Assembly (NCBI GenBank): GCA_903813345.2
Contig: CAIIXF020000001.1
Span: 4,216,001 to 4,280,000 of the forward strand
DNA length: 64,000 nucleotides
Source: Owenia fusiformis
Lineage: Eukaryota
Reading direction: 5' to 3'
A program made the translations under genes and the position numbers. Positions within the stretch are counted from its first letter, which is position 1. The number at the start of each line of letters is the position of its first letter. Shown in pieces: positions 1 through 11,628 of the stretch. The notes below the pieces were generated by a model. The model was not told where the DNA came from, made no database searches, and was given only the letters and a program-made list of their open reading frames with translations.

Positions 1-14
1 ATTTTCTTGTTTAC

Positions 15-3000
15 CTGGTTATATGTGCAGTTTCTTTTGCCACACTTTCCACATTTCAGTAAGTCAGTTGTGGTTCCGCCTGAGACAGACATTTGATGAT
101 CATCTATAGATTCCTTTGTATACTTGGCCCGCAATTTTTGCATCTCTTCATTTGCCATTTCCTGTAGAAAATAAATTCATGAATAACACAAAATTTAAAG
201 CTTATGATATAAATGTTGTTCAATTCATATTTCTATATCTTGCTTTGTATTTATTGCGCCCTGAAAATCACATAACCTATTGATATTGATCCATATTGAG
301 ACATTAGGTCCATACTCCATAAGGCCAATTCTCATGAATGTAGAGAACTTCCACATTTGATTCGATATTTCAATTCTTTTTTTAGAGAGTGAAAGATCCC
401 TTAAAACATTTTACACTCTTTAATCTGAGCTGCCACTTTTAAATGTTTCAATTCTTCAGGACAAAGCACCAACAGGACATCTCTCAAATGAATTACTCCG
501 CCTAACCAAAAGAATATACCTCTCGTCTTACCTCTGAAGTCATTACAGCTAATTTTTCTGCAGCAATACGCCCACTTAATACATGTTTCCGCAACTCTGG
601 ATTTTTCTTGTCTCTTAAATTAGATACCCTACTTCTAACCCTACTTTTGTATTTCATCCCAGTGTTCATCAGTTCTGTATAAATTGGTAGGATTGTTAAG
701 GAAGCAAGATCTTCTGACAGATAGTAATGATAATATACAGGTGATTTCTTGTTATCCCAATGAGATTTGAACTATCTAAATCTCAATATATTACAGCACA
801 CTTTCATATACTGAGTCAGTTTAAATAAAATGTATGCTGTATTTATGAATAAAGAACATAAAAATCATTTCAGGCAATAGTCTTGCATTATGACAGCCTG
901 TGCTTTTTCATACTCCTTTAAATGCCAACCATTGATTCTCAATCCAACTACATGACCACCAAATGAGTCTGAGGCCACATGATTTGAACTTCAAGTGAAG
1001 GCAAAACAAATCAAATCTAATCATTTGAAGTGATTAACAGATATGGAGCTGTCTTTGAAAAAGACATACATGCATTGTTTATCCATCAACTGTTAAAGGA
1101 TATTGTCTTCAATAGCTGCTGCAATGTCTTCAGGAGTGCCAACTGGGTTCTCTACAGCACCTGCAAGGCAATGTACAACATAATTTATAAATTAAGACCA
1201 TAATACTGCACTGCATAGGTGTGTCATGTTGAGAGGTTCTGCAGGGAAGTATCAATGAAAGTATTCTGTCATATGTTTGTATCCCTTTAGCAAGAGACAA
1301 AAGGCAAGAGGACAGACAAAGACAAGGATCACCAAACTGAACTAAAACCTTGAAATACTATAATCAGTTGACAACAATAATCAGTATTGTTCACAGAATC
1401 AAATAAGTGGCTATATAAATGTACCTACCATCTCCTTCTGCTCCTTTCAATGCATTGGTCAACATTTCTCGGCACTTCAGCCGTATTTCATCCCCTGTGT
1501 CATTAGCCCGTGGTAAGGATGTAGTTGTGGGAGTTTCCTCTTCAACGTCCTGTTGATTCTGGTCCCCATCCCTAGAGTCTTCATTAGTATCAGATGTGGA
1601 TTCCTTTTCCTTAGTTTCTTTATCCTTTTCTTTATTTTTATTTTGCTCTAAAATAAACATATGAATGTACTTTGATGTATGGATCGGATACATATATCAC
1701 ATGACAAAGGTATAAGTACTACCCAGGCCCATTCCTACAATATAAGTTATGGATATTGCTCTCGATATTTTGCATTGGTATTCGACTTTGTCTCGTTCAA
1801 ATACAGAATTTCTCGAGGAGAATATATCCTGTATTGCACTTCAAATCATTTTTATCCTATGATCTTAGGCCAATACATTTTACCTAGGTAAAGATAATTC
1901 TTAAGAAATATTCTGTATTCTATGTATTGCTACTGAGAGTGTCCCCTCCGTACCAATGCTCCGAAAACGATCAAAGGGGACAATCTCAGCAGCAATACTG
2001 ATTGGTAAAGCACAAGAACTGACCAATCAGAGGGCTTCATTTTACAGATTATACAATGATACACTATTGTACATAGTTTACTATGCAGGCTGCTTGTGCT
2101 GCAGCTTCACCCTTGCTAACTGAGAAACAAATTCAATGTATACATGTTTATATATCAATAAGTATTAAGAGATTCTAAAAGCAAATTATTCAAACAGGAA
2201 GAGGGAAAAATCTAGTTTGCTTTCAATTCATTAGATTTGAGGGGTCAAAATATCTATATGGTATCATAAGATTGTTATGTTCAACAACAGAACAGTATTT
2301 TTGTTCGATGTGCAAAACCAGCTGAAAGTCTGATTGTGCAAATCTTAAAATGTTCCATAAAAAATAGAACAAGGCACAGGGTAAACAATATCGTACCTAA
2401 AACATAGCAGTGTGGAATCGCAATGACAAGAATTATCTAAAAACTTCCAAAGGAATCCAAGATGGCCACCGAAAAGTTAATCAGCTCTAGAACTTCTTAT
2501 CATGTAACAATTGAGAACATTTGAAGTGAATCTGTCAAGTGGTTTTCCTGGAATCGCGATGACAAGATTTATCTAAAAACTACCAAGATGGCCACCAGAA
2601 TGCGAGATGGCCGCTGAAAAGTTAATCAGCTCTAGAACTTCTTACCATGTAACATGTGTAAAAATTTGAAGTAAATCCATTAAGTGGTTTTCCTGGAATC
2701 GCAATGACAAGAAAGTGAGACGCCACCTGTCAAGCTGACGACAATATCGTAGATAAAAATTCTAAAATGTTGCACTAAAAATATATAAAATACCCACACA
2801 AAAAATCCAGGGAAAAGCATTGTAGCAAAATATAATGCCAAAATAAAGGACATCAAAGGATACCAACGTGTATCACACTGTATAATTATTGTTGACGGTC
2901 GAGAAGTTAAACACATGTTCAAACATATATGTACCTGGTAAGAGCTTCTTCCAATTCTTGATGAGAGATTTAGCCAATGAGATTACATTTTCATCAGAGC

Positions 3001-6000
3001 ATGTCTTCCTGAAGTTGTTAACTGTCATACCAACTCTTGTTTTCTGGAAAATAAAATTCACATACAGTAAAGTAGATACAAACTTTCAAAATATTTCATT
3101 ATCCTTGTGTTCTATAACATAGTGCCACTGGTGTAAAATTATTGAAAACAAACAGTTTAAACAACAGGCCTCCTAGACTTCCAGCAATGCGAACATCAGT
3201 TCTGACCTCATCACGAACTACGTTCCTTGCACTTGAACCATGATTCTCACGTTGCGAAAGTGAAATCTATAGTTGCGCACCACCATTTCCCCGCTCCATG
3301 AACATATTTGCGAGCACGGATCTCTGTGCGCGAGTGGAGAAATATGTTCGGGAACGAGGAAATGGTGGTGTGTGACTAAAGATTTCATGTTCGTGATGTG
3401 AAAATCGTGGTTCGAGTGCAAGGAACGTAGTTCGCGAGGTCAGAGCTGATGTTCGCATTGGTGGAAGTCTAGGAGGCCTGAACAATAAGAATTCTGAGGT
3501 ACGATGGGGTGACAAAAGTACAACAAATATCCATAATTCACCAATTTATGTCTCATTAACATTACAAATATATTATACCTTATATAAATGATCAATGGTA
3601 TTTTATCAAATGGTGAAGTTACTGAAGATTCAAATTCTCTTGAAACTGTTGTTAAGTCTCTGAGTAATATATCTGATTGGTAACTTAATTGTATACACAA
3701 AAATATATATGTACTAATACTTATCAAACTTGTTCAAAAGATACTGTACATGAACATACTAACACTGTACTTACCTGTAGGACCTCTAGAGTCATTGGAA
3801 GTTTCTTGAGAGTTTTCAGGAGATCATAAGCAGAACCGTGCTCCTGCAAATATTTGACGATTAATAAATGTAAGTTAACAGAATCAAATCATTAGATGTA
3901 AATAATTACTCCCAAATATGAGGGTATGATGGCTCCAGCTCAAAAGATCTTGTAATTAGCAGCCCTTTCACTATAGAAATAGCAGCCATTCATCAAAATG
4001 GCATCCTACTAAACAAAGTGTCACATCATAAGGCAATGTACCATGCTTATGAGTATTCATATATCAAATATGAATAAAATCGCTCCACTACTTTTCAAGT
4101 TACAGCGAAAATCTTATAATACCATGTAGCGGCCACCATTTTTCAAGATGGCCACCATGTTTTTTTTAATATTTAGATTTTCAACTTAATCAACATCCTC
4201 TATAATTCTTTTGCATTTAAATCATATTAATGTTACAGTTTGATATGATGTACCTAAAAATTCTGCAAAATTGATACTAAAATGGAAATTGTCTTTCGAG
4301 CAGAACTTGTACTGCCCAGTGATCGTACAAAATGGATGGAGGCGGATTAGGAGATTTCTGCAAGAAAACTCAACAAATTTGGAAGATTTATTTTTTCAAC
4401 AGAAAATTTACAACTAAATTGCCAAATGAATAGGCGCAGTGCATGGCAAAATATGTTAGGTATTCTGGTATTTTTTTTTTGAACTGATACCCTTCTAAGA
4501 TATGAGATTTATTAAAAAAGGCGCATCATCACCAAAGTGCAAAAGTCAATGTTTTTGCTATAAATCGGGCAACAATGGTCTACACGACCTGTAATAAATA
4601 GGAATAAGGGACGTTATTATCACAATACTAATGACATTGCTCACTTTTTAAAGTTAGTTTCCATGCATTATACAAAAAATAATCGAAATAAATTAATATT
4701 AGATGGAGGGGGGAGTGGATAGACTGTATCCTTCGTCTGAATAAATATTCAGACTGTAAGTCACCTATTGTAAAATGTGGTGTTGTATAAATGTTACAAA
4801 TAAGTTTGTTTAATGATAGAATGATTACCTTATAAAGAACTCACAATATTATTTTTTCGTATATTGTCCTCTTACTGAAGATATTCATAAAATGTACAGA
4901 CACTTCTTGTAGCGAAGCCATTGATTAGGTCAAGCCATTTTGGCAATGCCAATTCTCACGATTAACGAGATTTAGCCAGTGACGTCAGTCTATTTGTAAA
5001 CAAATAACACGTGGAGCGGGAGCAACATTACGGAAGCGTATTGCTAAATTCCATTTGTGCGGGAATTTATTAGATCTAGTCATTTATTATCATTATCCCG
5101 ATTAATTTTCTTCATTTATAGTAAATAGAGCGGAAATATTCATGAAGAAGGCCGAGGTAATCAAATGTGTTGTCAAAGTTCAAAATTTGCATATCTCGTT
5201 TGGATCTCGTGAACTCAAACGTCCTTGACATTGATTTCGCGATCTACTTATGAACACATCCTGAAGTTTCGGTGAGTCTGAACATTTCATTATTTTATAT
5301 CAACTTGTACCCGCCTTATACAAATATTTTTGCTTCTAGTTTAAGATGAACATCTCTTCAACATATTCACCAATTTTCAAGGTGAACATTCTTATAATAA
5401 ACGAGAAATTAATGTGCAAAAAATATCACCGCGATTTCCACAGGAAATATATCAATCATAACAGACCGAATATTATATTCGGTCTGTTGGATACATACTA
5501 GGGGAGTGGATGGAGGGGGGGGGGGAGATAACGTGTATATAAGACATTCTGAAGAATTCTGCTAAGATCAGTATCGATATGTTGTTGCCTTCATTGTCGT
5601 GTTTGGCTGCGCTCCACAATGTAACCTAGCAGGATGGATGACATAGAACAAACTGATACGTAGACACATGGTTACATTTCATTATTTCGTTATTTTAACC
5701 ATATGAACTTATAAAACTAGAATTTCTGTTTTATCTTTAGCAACCACATACACCAAAGTTCGTTGCATCTCCCCTAATGTCAACATGTGGAGTAATGTCA
5801 ACATTGTGAAAATTCTGGCTACGGGCCTGGCCCTTCCTTATCAAATAAAACACACTGACAAGCGATAAACTTAACAAAGTTCATAATCAAACTTTGGGCT
5901 TCTTCATATTTTCTGTTGTTCCCGGGCCTACGGTGCAAACGCATGGATCCTGTATGACTACAATGTAAAAGATTCAAAATAAACAAAAAATCCATTTTTC

Positions 6001-6097
6001 GTGATTTCTAAAGATTAGATTTACTCACCGAAGCATTGTCTTCAATCAGTTTTTCAAGCTTTTTACGAATCTTGATGACATCTTCTTCGCAGCTCAT
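15..6097 (-). CDS. TCEA1: Transcription elongation factor S-II (TFIIS/TCEA); 7 coding exons visible, the last exon(s) lie left of the window
   Basis: Exons 6097-6029, 3843-3775, 3043-2935, 1647-1429, 1160-1104, 686-532 and 161-15 join in frame. Translation includes [30 protein letters not shown]...[12 protein letters not shown] (N-terminal domain), [32 protein letters not shown] (domain II) and [18 protein letters not shown] (start of zinc ribbon). Introns are GT-AG except one AT-AC. The symbol is the family name; paralog number cannot be assigned. Confidence 0.96.
687..1103 (-). other. U12-type (minor spliceosome) AT-AC intron in TCEA
   Basis: On the minus strand: 5' site ATATCCTTT starting at 1103, branch point TTCCTTAAC at 703-695, 3' end AATCCTAC ending at 687. 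Removal restores the frame IED-T-IYTEL. Confidence 0.95.
2415..2712. repeat. About two copies of a ~135-bp tandem unit; probable remnant of a Helentron-associated element
   Basis: GGAATCGC(A/G)ATGACAAGA recurs near 2415, 2550 and 2695; GAAAAGTTAATCAGCTCTAGAACTTCTTA recurs near 2471 and 2616. Confidence 0.55.
3165..3480. mobile_element. Fully palindromic MITE with a 5-bp target-site duplication
   Basis: CAGGCCTCCTAGACTTCC...GGAAGTCTAGGAGGCCTG; the arms pair imperfectly almost to the centre; AACAA flanks both sides (3160-3164, 3481-3485). Confidence 0.85.
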
Positions 6098-6183
6098 ATT
6101 GGTCTGTATCAGTTATTTAGTCAAACAATGTTAAAATCAACAATTTGCACTAATTGTTCGCTGGATGGAAATTTCTAGTTTTC

Positions 6184-6260
6184 AATATGGCGGCAATGGG
6201 AAGCCTATTCCCGCGAGAATTGGGATAGACCGAGACTTAATTATTGCGGGAAATTTAAAA
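6184..6260. promoter_or_regulatory. Probable TCEA proximal promoter
   Basis: CpG-richer patch about 90-160 bp upstream of the ATG, with AATATGGCGGC (YY1-like), TCCCGCGAGA (one mismatch to TCTCGCGAGA) and GCGGGAAA (E2F-like). Motif match only. Confidence 0.4.
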
Positions 6261-6631
6261 CTTTTAAAGTTTCTGTAGACTTTTCATCGCGACTAAGTTC
6301 TAAGTTCTAAGACTAAGTTCCAATTATTCTGGGCTACCCAGGTATTCCGACTATTGACGAATTATTCGCTCAAATGGCAGCCACTCAACCAGAGTCGAGA
6401 AGTTCAGCGACTCACAATCATGTACAGGGCTATTAGACTAACTTCACAATCACTATAAGTAAACTCAGAATACTTGGGTCAAGTCTACATCTATCTTAAT
6501 CCTTGGTAACGTCCTTATTGCATGGGCATCACATTAGTTTTGGAGGCTAGGCTTTACCAAATTCATTTTAAAAATGGTTTAAAGTGTATGTACATTAAAA
6601 GCGGGTTAAAATGAAACAGTCTAGCCAGAAG

Positions 6632-6839
6632 TGTTCCATACAAAAGTCAAACAACCAGGGATCTGACACTCCTCAATGGGTACGGAAGGCCTTTGGGTAC
6701 GAAGCAACCACATACATAAAATGTTATGACTGGTTTCATTAACTTAATTTCAAGAGTCATATCCTGGAAGAAACAAATTGAATTGAAATCACCGGTGAGT
6801 GTCAGATCCCCAGTTGTTTGACTTTTGCACCATGGAACA
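6632..6839. mobile_element. Small inverted-repeat element (MITE-like)
   Basis: About 40-bp inverted arms: TGTTCCATACAAAAGTCAAACAACCAGGGATCTGACACTC and GAGTGTCAGATCCCCAGTTGTTTGACTTTTGCACCATGGAACA. No clear TSD. Confidence 0.55.
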
Positions 6840-7320
6840 TTCCTGATCAATAGAATATATAAAATATTTAGGCTGGGTCTCAATTTCAGGAATATGCCTC
6901 AATTTTTGAAAAAATGGGCTTCGATTTGATAAATGGGTCCATATTTTCAAAAGTTGGGTCAAAATTTACAAAAAGGGCCAACATTTCAGGGCTTACATTT
7001 TCCCTGCAAAATTATTTGCTTGAATTCATATAGGCCTATTGAGATTATTTAATTGAATTCATAAATTATGTGCTTTTCACACATAGCTAGCCAAGGTGTG
7101 TCAGTATTTCATTTAACTGCAGTGCATTATATCACCAATAACCGCATCCAAGGTCACTCTTTATGTGGCTGTCAAGGTGACAACGTGATTCTACTGATTG
7201 AAATTTGAAATTGATGCTTTTCCAACTTGACCCTTGTAAAAAGTTTCATTGAAAATATGTTCTTTTAGTGATTTCGTATATTTTAAGTGACATGGTAGAG
7301 AATATTTTGCGAAGCGTGAA

Positions 7321-7482
7321 AAGAATTTAAGCCCAAGAATGCAATTTGTGGAATGACCATTCCTTATTGGCATTGTTTCCCAAAATTAACACTCAATGCT
7401 GTGCATTTCGTGCACATTTTGGAAAGCAACACCTTTAAGGAATGGTCATTCCCCATTGGTTTTAGTCCAGGGCTTAAATCCT
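7321..7482. repeat. Imperfect ~160-bp hairpin repeat
   Basis: AAGAATTTAAGCCC...GGAATGACCATTCCTTA pairs with TAAGGAATGGTCATTCC...GGGCTTAAATCCTT. Confidence 0.6.
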
Positions 7483-7508
7483 TAATTAATATATACGGTC
7501 CCCGATGG

Positions 7509-7552
7509 GTTCAATCATGGGCATTCAACTAGTTGAATGCCCATGGTTCAAT
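7509..7552. mobile_element. Perfect 30-bp CATG...CATG palindrome between 7-bp direct repeats; candidate P-like excision footprint
   Basis: GTTCAAT + CATGGGCATTCAACTAGTTGAATGCCCATG (7516-7545) + GTTCAAT. Confidence 0.65.
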
Positions 7553-9044
7553 CAAATTATGGCTCGACAGGTATCCTAATCTCAGGTCGGGTACCTTTTT
7601 TCCCCTTTGGTACTGCAATGGACTCATATTTTGCATTTTGGTATGACAAATTTTGTTTTTTGATGATTTAGCTTTACTACAGGGTCATACCTAGCAATGG
7701 TGTGGCTTTGGTCTATTCTTGATATTTTGGTATGGTTACTGAGCCATTTCAATGTTGGTAGGGCAACCCATACTATTGACCAGTAGGCATGGGGACAAAT
7801 TGATATTTGTTGATCCAGTTTAGGTCAACCTTTACATGAAGAGAACCCAGGGGATACAATCTATATACCTAATGTAGATACAATACTTAGACTCTAAAGT
7901 GAATAAACAAATATAGATTTCATTACATGTGTTTATTATATATAATCAATAGTGAAAATAATTTAGACATGTACATGAAATACAATAAGGCCCAACCAAA
8001 CATGAGGGTTGCCTAATCCTTTTTTCAAGAAAATTCATACCATATTGGTGGGAAAAATTGTGCTAAGGATTTCAAAACATCTTGTGTCTATAAGGCCTGA
8101 GTTGAAGTTTAGTTAGTTTGATAAATACTTTTCACCCTGAAGAGGAAAACAAGGACTTTAGTTTCAGATAATGAATGTGGATGACTCAATCCGAATAGCA
8201 GTTTTAATTTGTGCGGCCAATGTTGATGGATGGACGGACCAAAAAGGTTGGCTCATCCATAAATCTAATGTGCCATATGATATAAATTGAAATATATTCA
8301 TTAGAATTAATTGATCGGACGGATTTTCTACTACCAGAATTTCTAGCAATAATACCCCTTGTTAAATGTTCATGGTTACCTCTTTTAAAGGCTGACCAAT
8401 CAGATGAGTCAGCCTTTGAAAGAGTAAGTTCATGGGCATTAGGATATTATTAATTTCAAAATCGTAGACATGGGTAATTTTTTCAAATGAAATTATTGAT
8501 TTTTGTCAACAAAAGTGTGATCCAAGCAATTCTTGAAATGTCTCAGTAGTGACACTCATTTTCTAATAAATTCTATTGATGATGATATAAAGAAAAATCA
8601 CTGAACACACTCTAAAACACATGTCTGATTTGAATTATGCATTTCCGATGGAAACAAGTTTAATATCACAAATGTATGGAATGTCTCACATTTTAATTGT
8701 CTTTACAAGACAGAATCCTATAAGGATAGTAGTGTCAGAATTCTGTAATTGAACAGATCTACAGTTAGTTTAATTAAAAAAAAAAAAATTCATCCTACAG
8801 GACCATATCGATTATAATATACTGTTACAATGCTATCATTAAGACACCAACTAATATAATATTAATTTATGATCTAGAATATCATGATCAATACATTAAG
8901 TCAAAACATAATTTTATATTTCTACACAGAAATGATTTCATAGTTATTGTGATATTCATAGGATATCGTGTCAAAATAAAACTGGTATTCTTGAAACCAA
9001 TGATTAAGAGACTTGCTTCTTGGCTCAAAACGAGGCTGGTAGTA

Positions 9045-9177
9045 TCATGATACACTCATGATATGATTTTCATCCACACATGGATATTGATATCTGCACT
9101 CTCTCACTACACTCACTTGTCAAGATATCACATCTATTCATGGATAAAAATATCACTCATAAATCATAGAATATCCT
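9045..9177. repeat. ~135-bp hairpin repeat; related copies at 62838-62975 and 63285-63420
   Basis: Shared core GATATGATTTT(C/T)ATCCAC...ATGGATA(T)TGATATCTGCAC...GATATCA...TGGAT...ATATCAC...TAAATCATAG. Confidence 0.6.
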
Positions 9178-11628
9178 AAATATATACATGTATATATGTA
9201 CAGGTTTGTACAAATAGTCTCAGATTTTGCAAGTTCACTTATAATTTGAACTAGAGATTTTGCAAGAAATATTCCCAACCTTACAATTATCTTTAAGCAA
9301 GGATCAAGCGGCCATGAAAGTAATTTCAGAAAAAATATTGATATTTTTCAAAAAGATAAATGGATTACGAAATCTCTCTATCACCTTTCAACTGAACTTA
9401 TTTTATAAGTGAAACTGCAAAATAGCAGTCTAATGTGATTTATATCATTTTTCAAATTCATCTAAGGCACCAATAAGTGCTGAGCCCTATCTTATGGCTA
9501 AATCTTTTCTAAGACCAGATACATTTTGTGATTTTCGCAGCAAATGGAAAAAATAGCTGTATAGTGGCATAATAAAATACTCTTGTATTCATTATTGAGC
9601 CAAGGAGTCCTGCACCAGGCCTTAAATTCCATCATGATACATTTCCTTACCTTGTAGTTGTAATGAAGATGTGCATATTATCCAAGTCAAGACCATAGGC
9701 TAAAGAGCAATAGAAATAATGTTTAAATAAAGATGGCAGTAGAATCAATCTGTTTTAGATAATATTCTACCACTGCTGCCATCTTTATATCAGCCTAAAA
9801 CCTATGGTTGAGACCCGAGGACTTGAAACAAGACTATGTCGATACATATTATGTATGTGAAAACTGCATAGTTTAAACACCATTAAAACAATTGATATAA
9901 CATGTGTAAGAACAGGCAGTCCCTTGCATGTACAATGTTTTGAGCTAAACACCTATCAATCATACTTTTGACTAAGTCAACTACAAATGTATATTACTGT
10001 TACATAGAAATTCAGTATCTACCCTTTGGCTCATTAACTAGTACACCAATACTCTCTGACTAGTGACTAGTATCATTTTCAATCATTTGACATCATTTTG
10101 TTCAAACTACCTGGGAACACCTGAGCTCTGAACTAATAATATGTTTACTCATTCACATATTGTAGCTAAATCTATGTGGCTTTGAGAAGAAGAGATACCC
10201 CTTAGTTCATGGTTAAATTCATAATTACCACTTCTGGGCATCACCTTTGTTTCTCACAAAATTTCCACCATCTTTTATCTGAATATCACTCATCGATGTG
10301 ATGTTTTAATCGGTAAACACATATTCCTTACATCTCTTTTATCTTGATGTGATATCTTCAGATAATGAAATAACAAGCTATGATATTGCTTAACACACCA
10401 GAAATACAAGCATATCAGCAACTATAGTGGTCATCATGAAAATATGACAATGATTGAAACAATTGCATATTTGGGATACCTGATGAGTACATGTTACATG
10501 TACAGACATGTAAGAATGGCACCATCCTGTGGGCTGAAAAGGTGAGAATTTATGATAAATAAATTATGAGATATTTATCATGGATGAGTAACTATACCCT
10601 AATTAATCAAAAAGAATAACTTCAATTGCTTATAATAAAATAATTATCTGAGTTAAATCAAAAGTGTTAACAAACATGACAGTCCGCATTTGTGCAAAAA
10701 TAACATCCAGCAAAAACAGTAATACCCAGTAAGCTGAAACTTGCATTGCGTCTAACAAAAAGATAGATATCTCCAAATGTTGGAGCTGGGACTAATAGTG
10801 TAAATAACAAGTCAAGACCCCATGAAATGGATATGAGTATTGCGTCAGAAGAATGGGAGCTTTTATTTGTCACAAAACTGTAGGTGGATGACTTGTAGAT
10901 GGATAATTGGAGATTCTATAGGTTCACCATGTCAGCCAAAAAAGTACCATAAAATATATGGTACATCTGATAGTCAAGAATGGATTAATATAAATCTAAA
11001 CTGAACAAAAATGTGGCATCCTACACCAAGATCCCCTATTACAATAATCACTGTGTTTTGTCATGAACTGGTATGGTAGCTTATTTTTCTTTTTCTTGAA
11101 CTTCTTAGGGTTCAGATAAAAGGTTTAGGCAAAGGTCATGTAAAAATATCATAATATTAATCACAGAAAAATTACAAAGTGTATTTTGATGACATCCTTG
11201 TTATGTCTTTATGGGGTCAGAGGGGGTCTTGAATGGATGGTACATTTGGTTAAAACATACTTTACAAAAAGCTATGTTCCTAACCAGGAAAGCGAACCTT
11301 CAGATAGGTGGCTAGGGGCATGCTGCTTATTGGACATATTGTCTAAATGTCATGGCAGTGCAATGGATATCCTGTACTAAAACTGGGAATAAGTGACCCA
11401 ATTATACCTTCAGAGTGAATTAATTTTAAAATAAAGTGTGTCTTATGGAATGTCTTTTTGTTGTCCTTCATGTGAACATCATGTCAACACATTACACTGG
11501 AATAAAATGTCTTCTCTTTAAATGTTTCACAAGGGAAACCCATTTCTAATTTCCTTTCACAACTCCAATCATAACTCATCATAATGGAGAACAGAATTTG
11601 ACATTCAACGACACCTCACAATGGCCTG

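Noticed and set aside
4960-5345. Cluster of TGACGTCA, TGTAAACA and CACGTG motifs in TCEA intron 1
   Set aside because: Could be an enhancer or a transposon remnant; no termini or other support to decide.
7900-11628. Short ORFs between TCEA and FAIM
   Set aside because: No recognisable motifs or exon chain; may be a long FAIM 3' UTR, but this cannot be shown from sequence alone.
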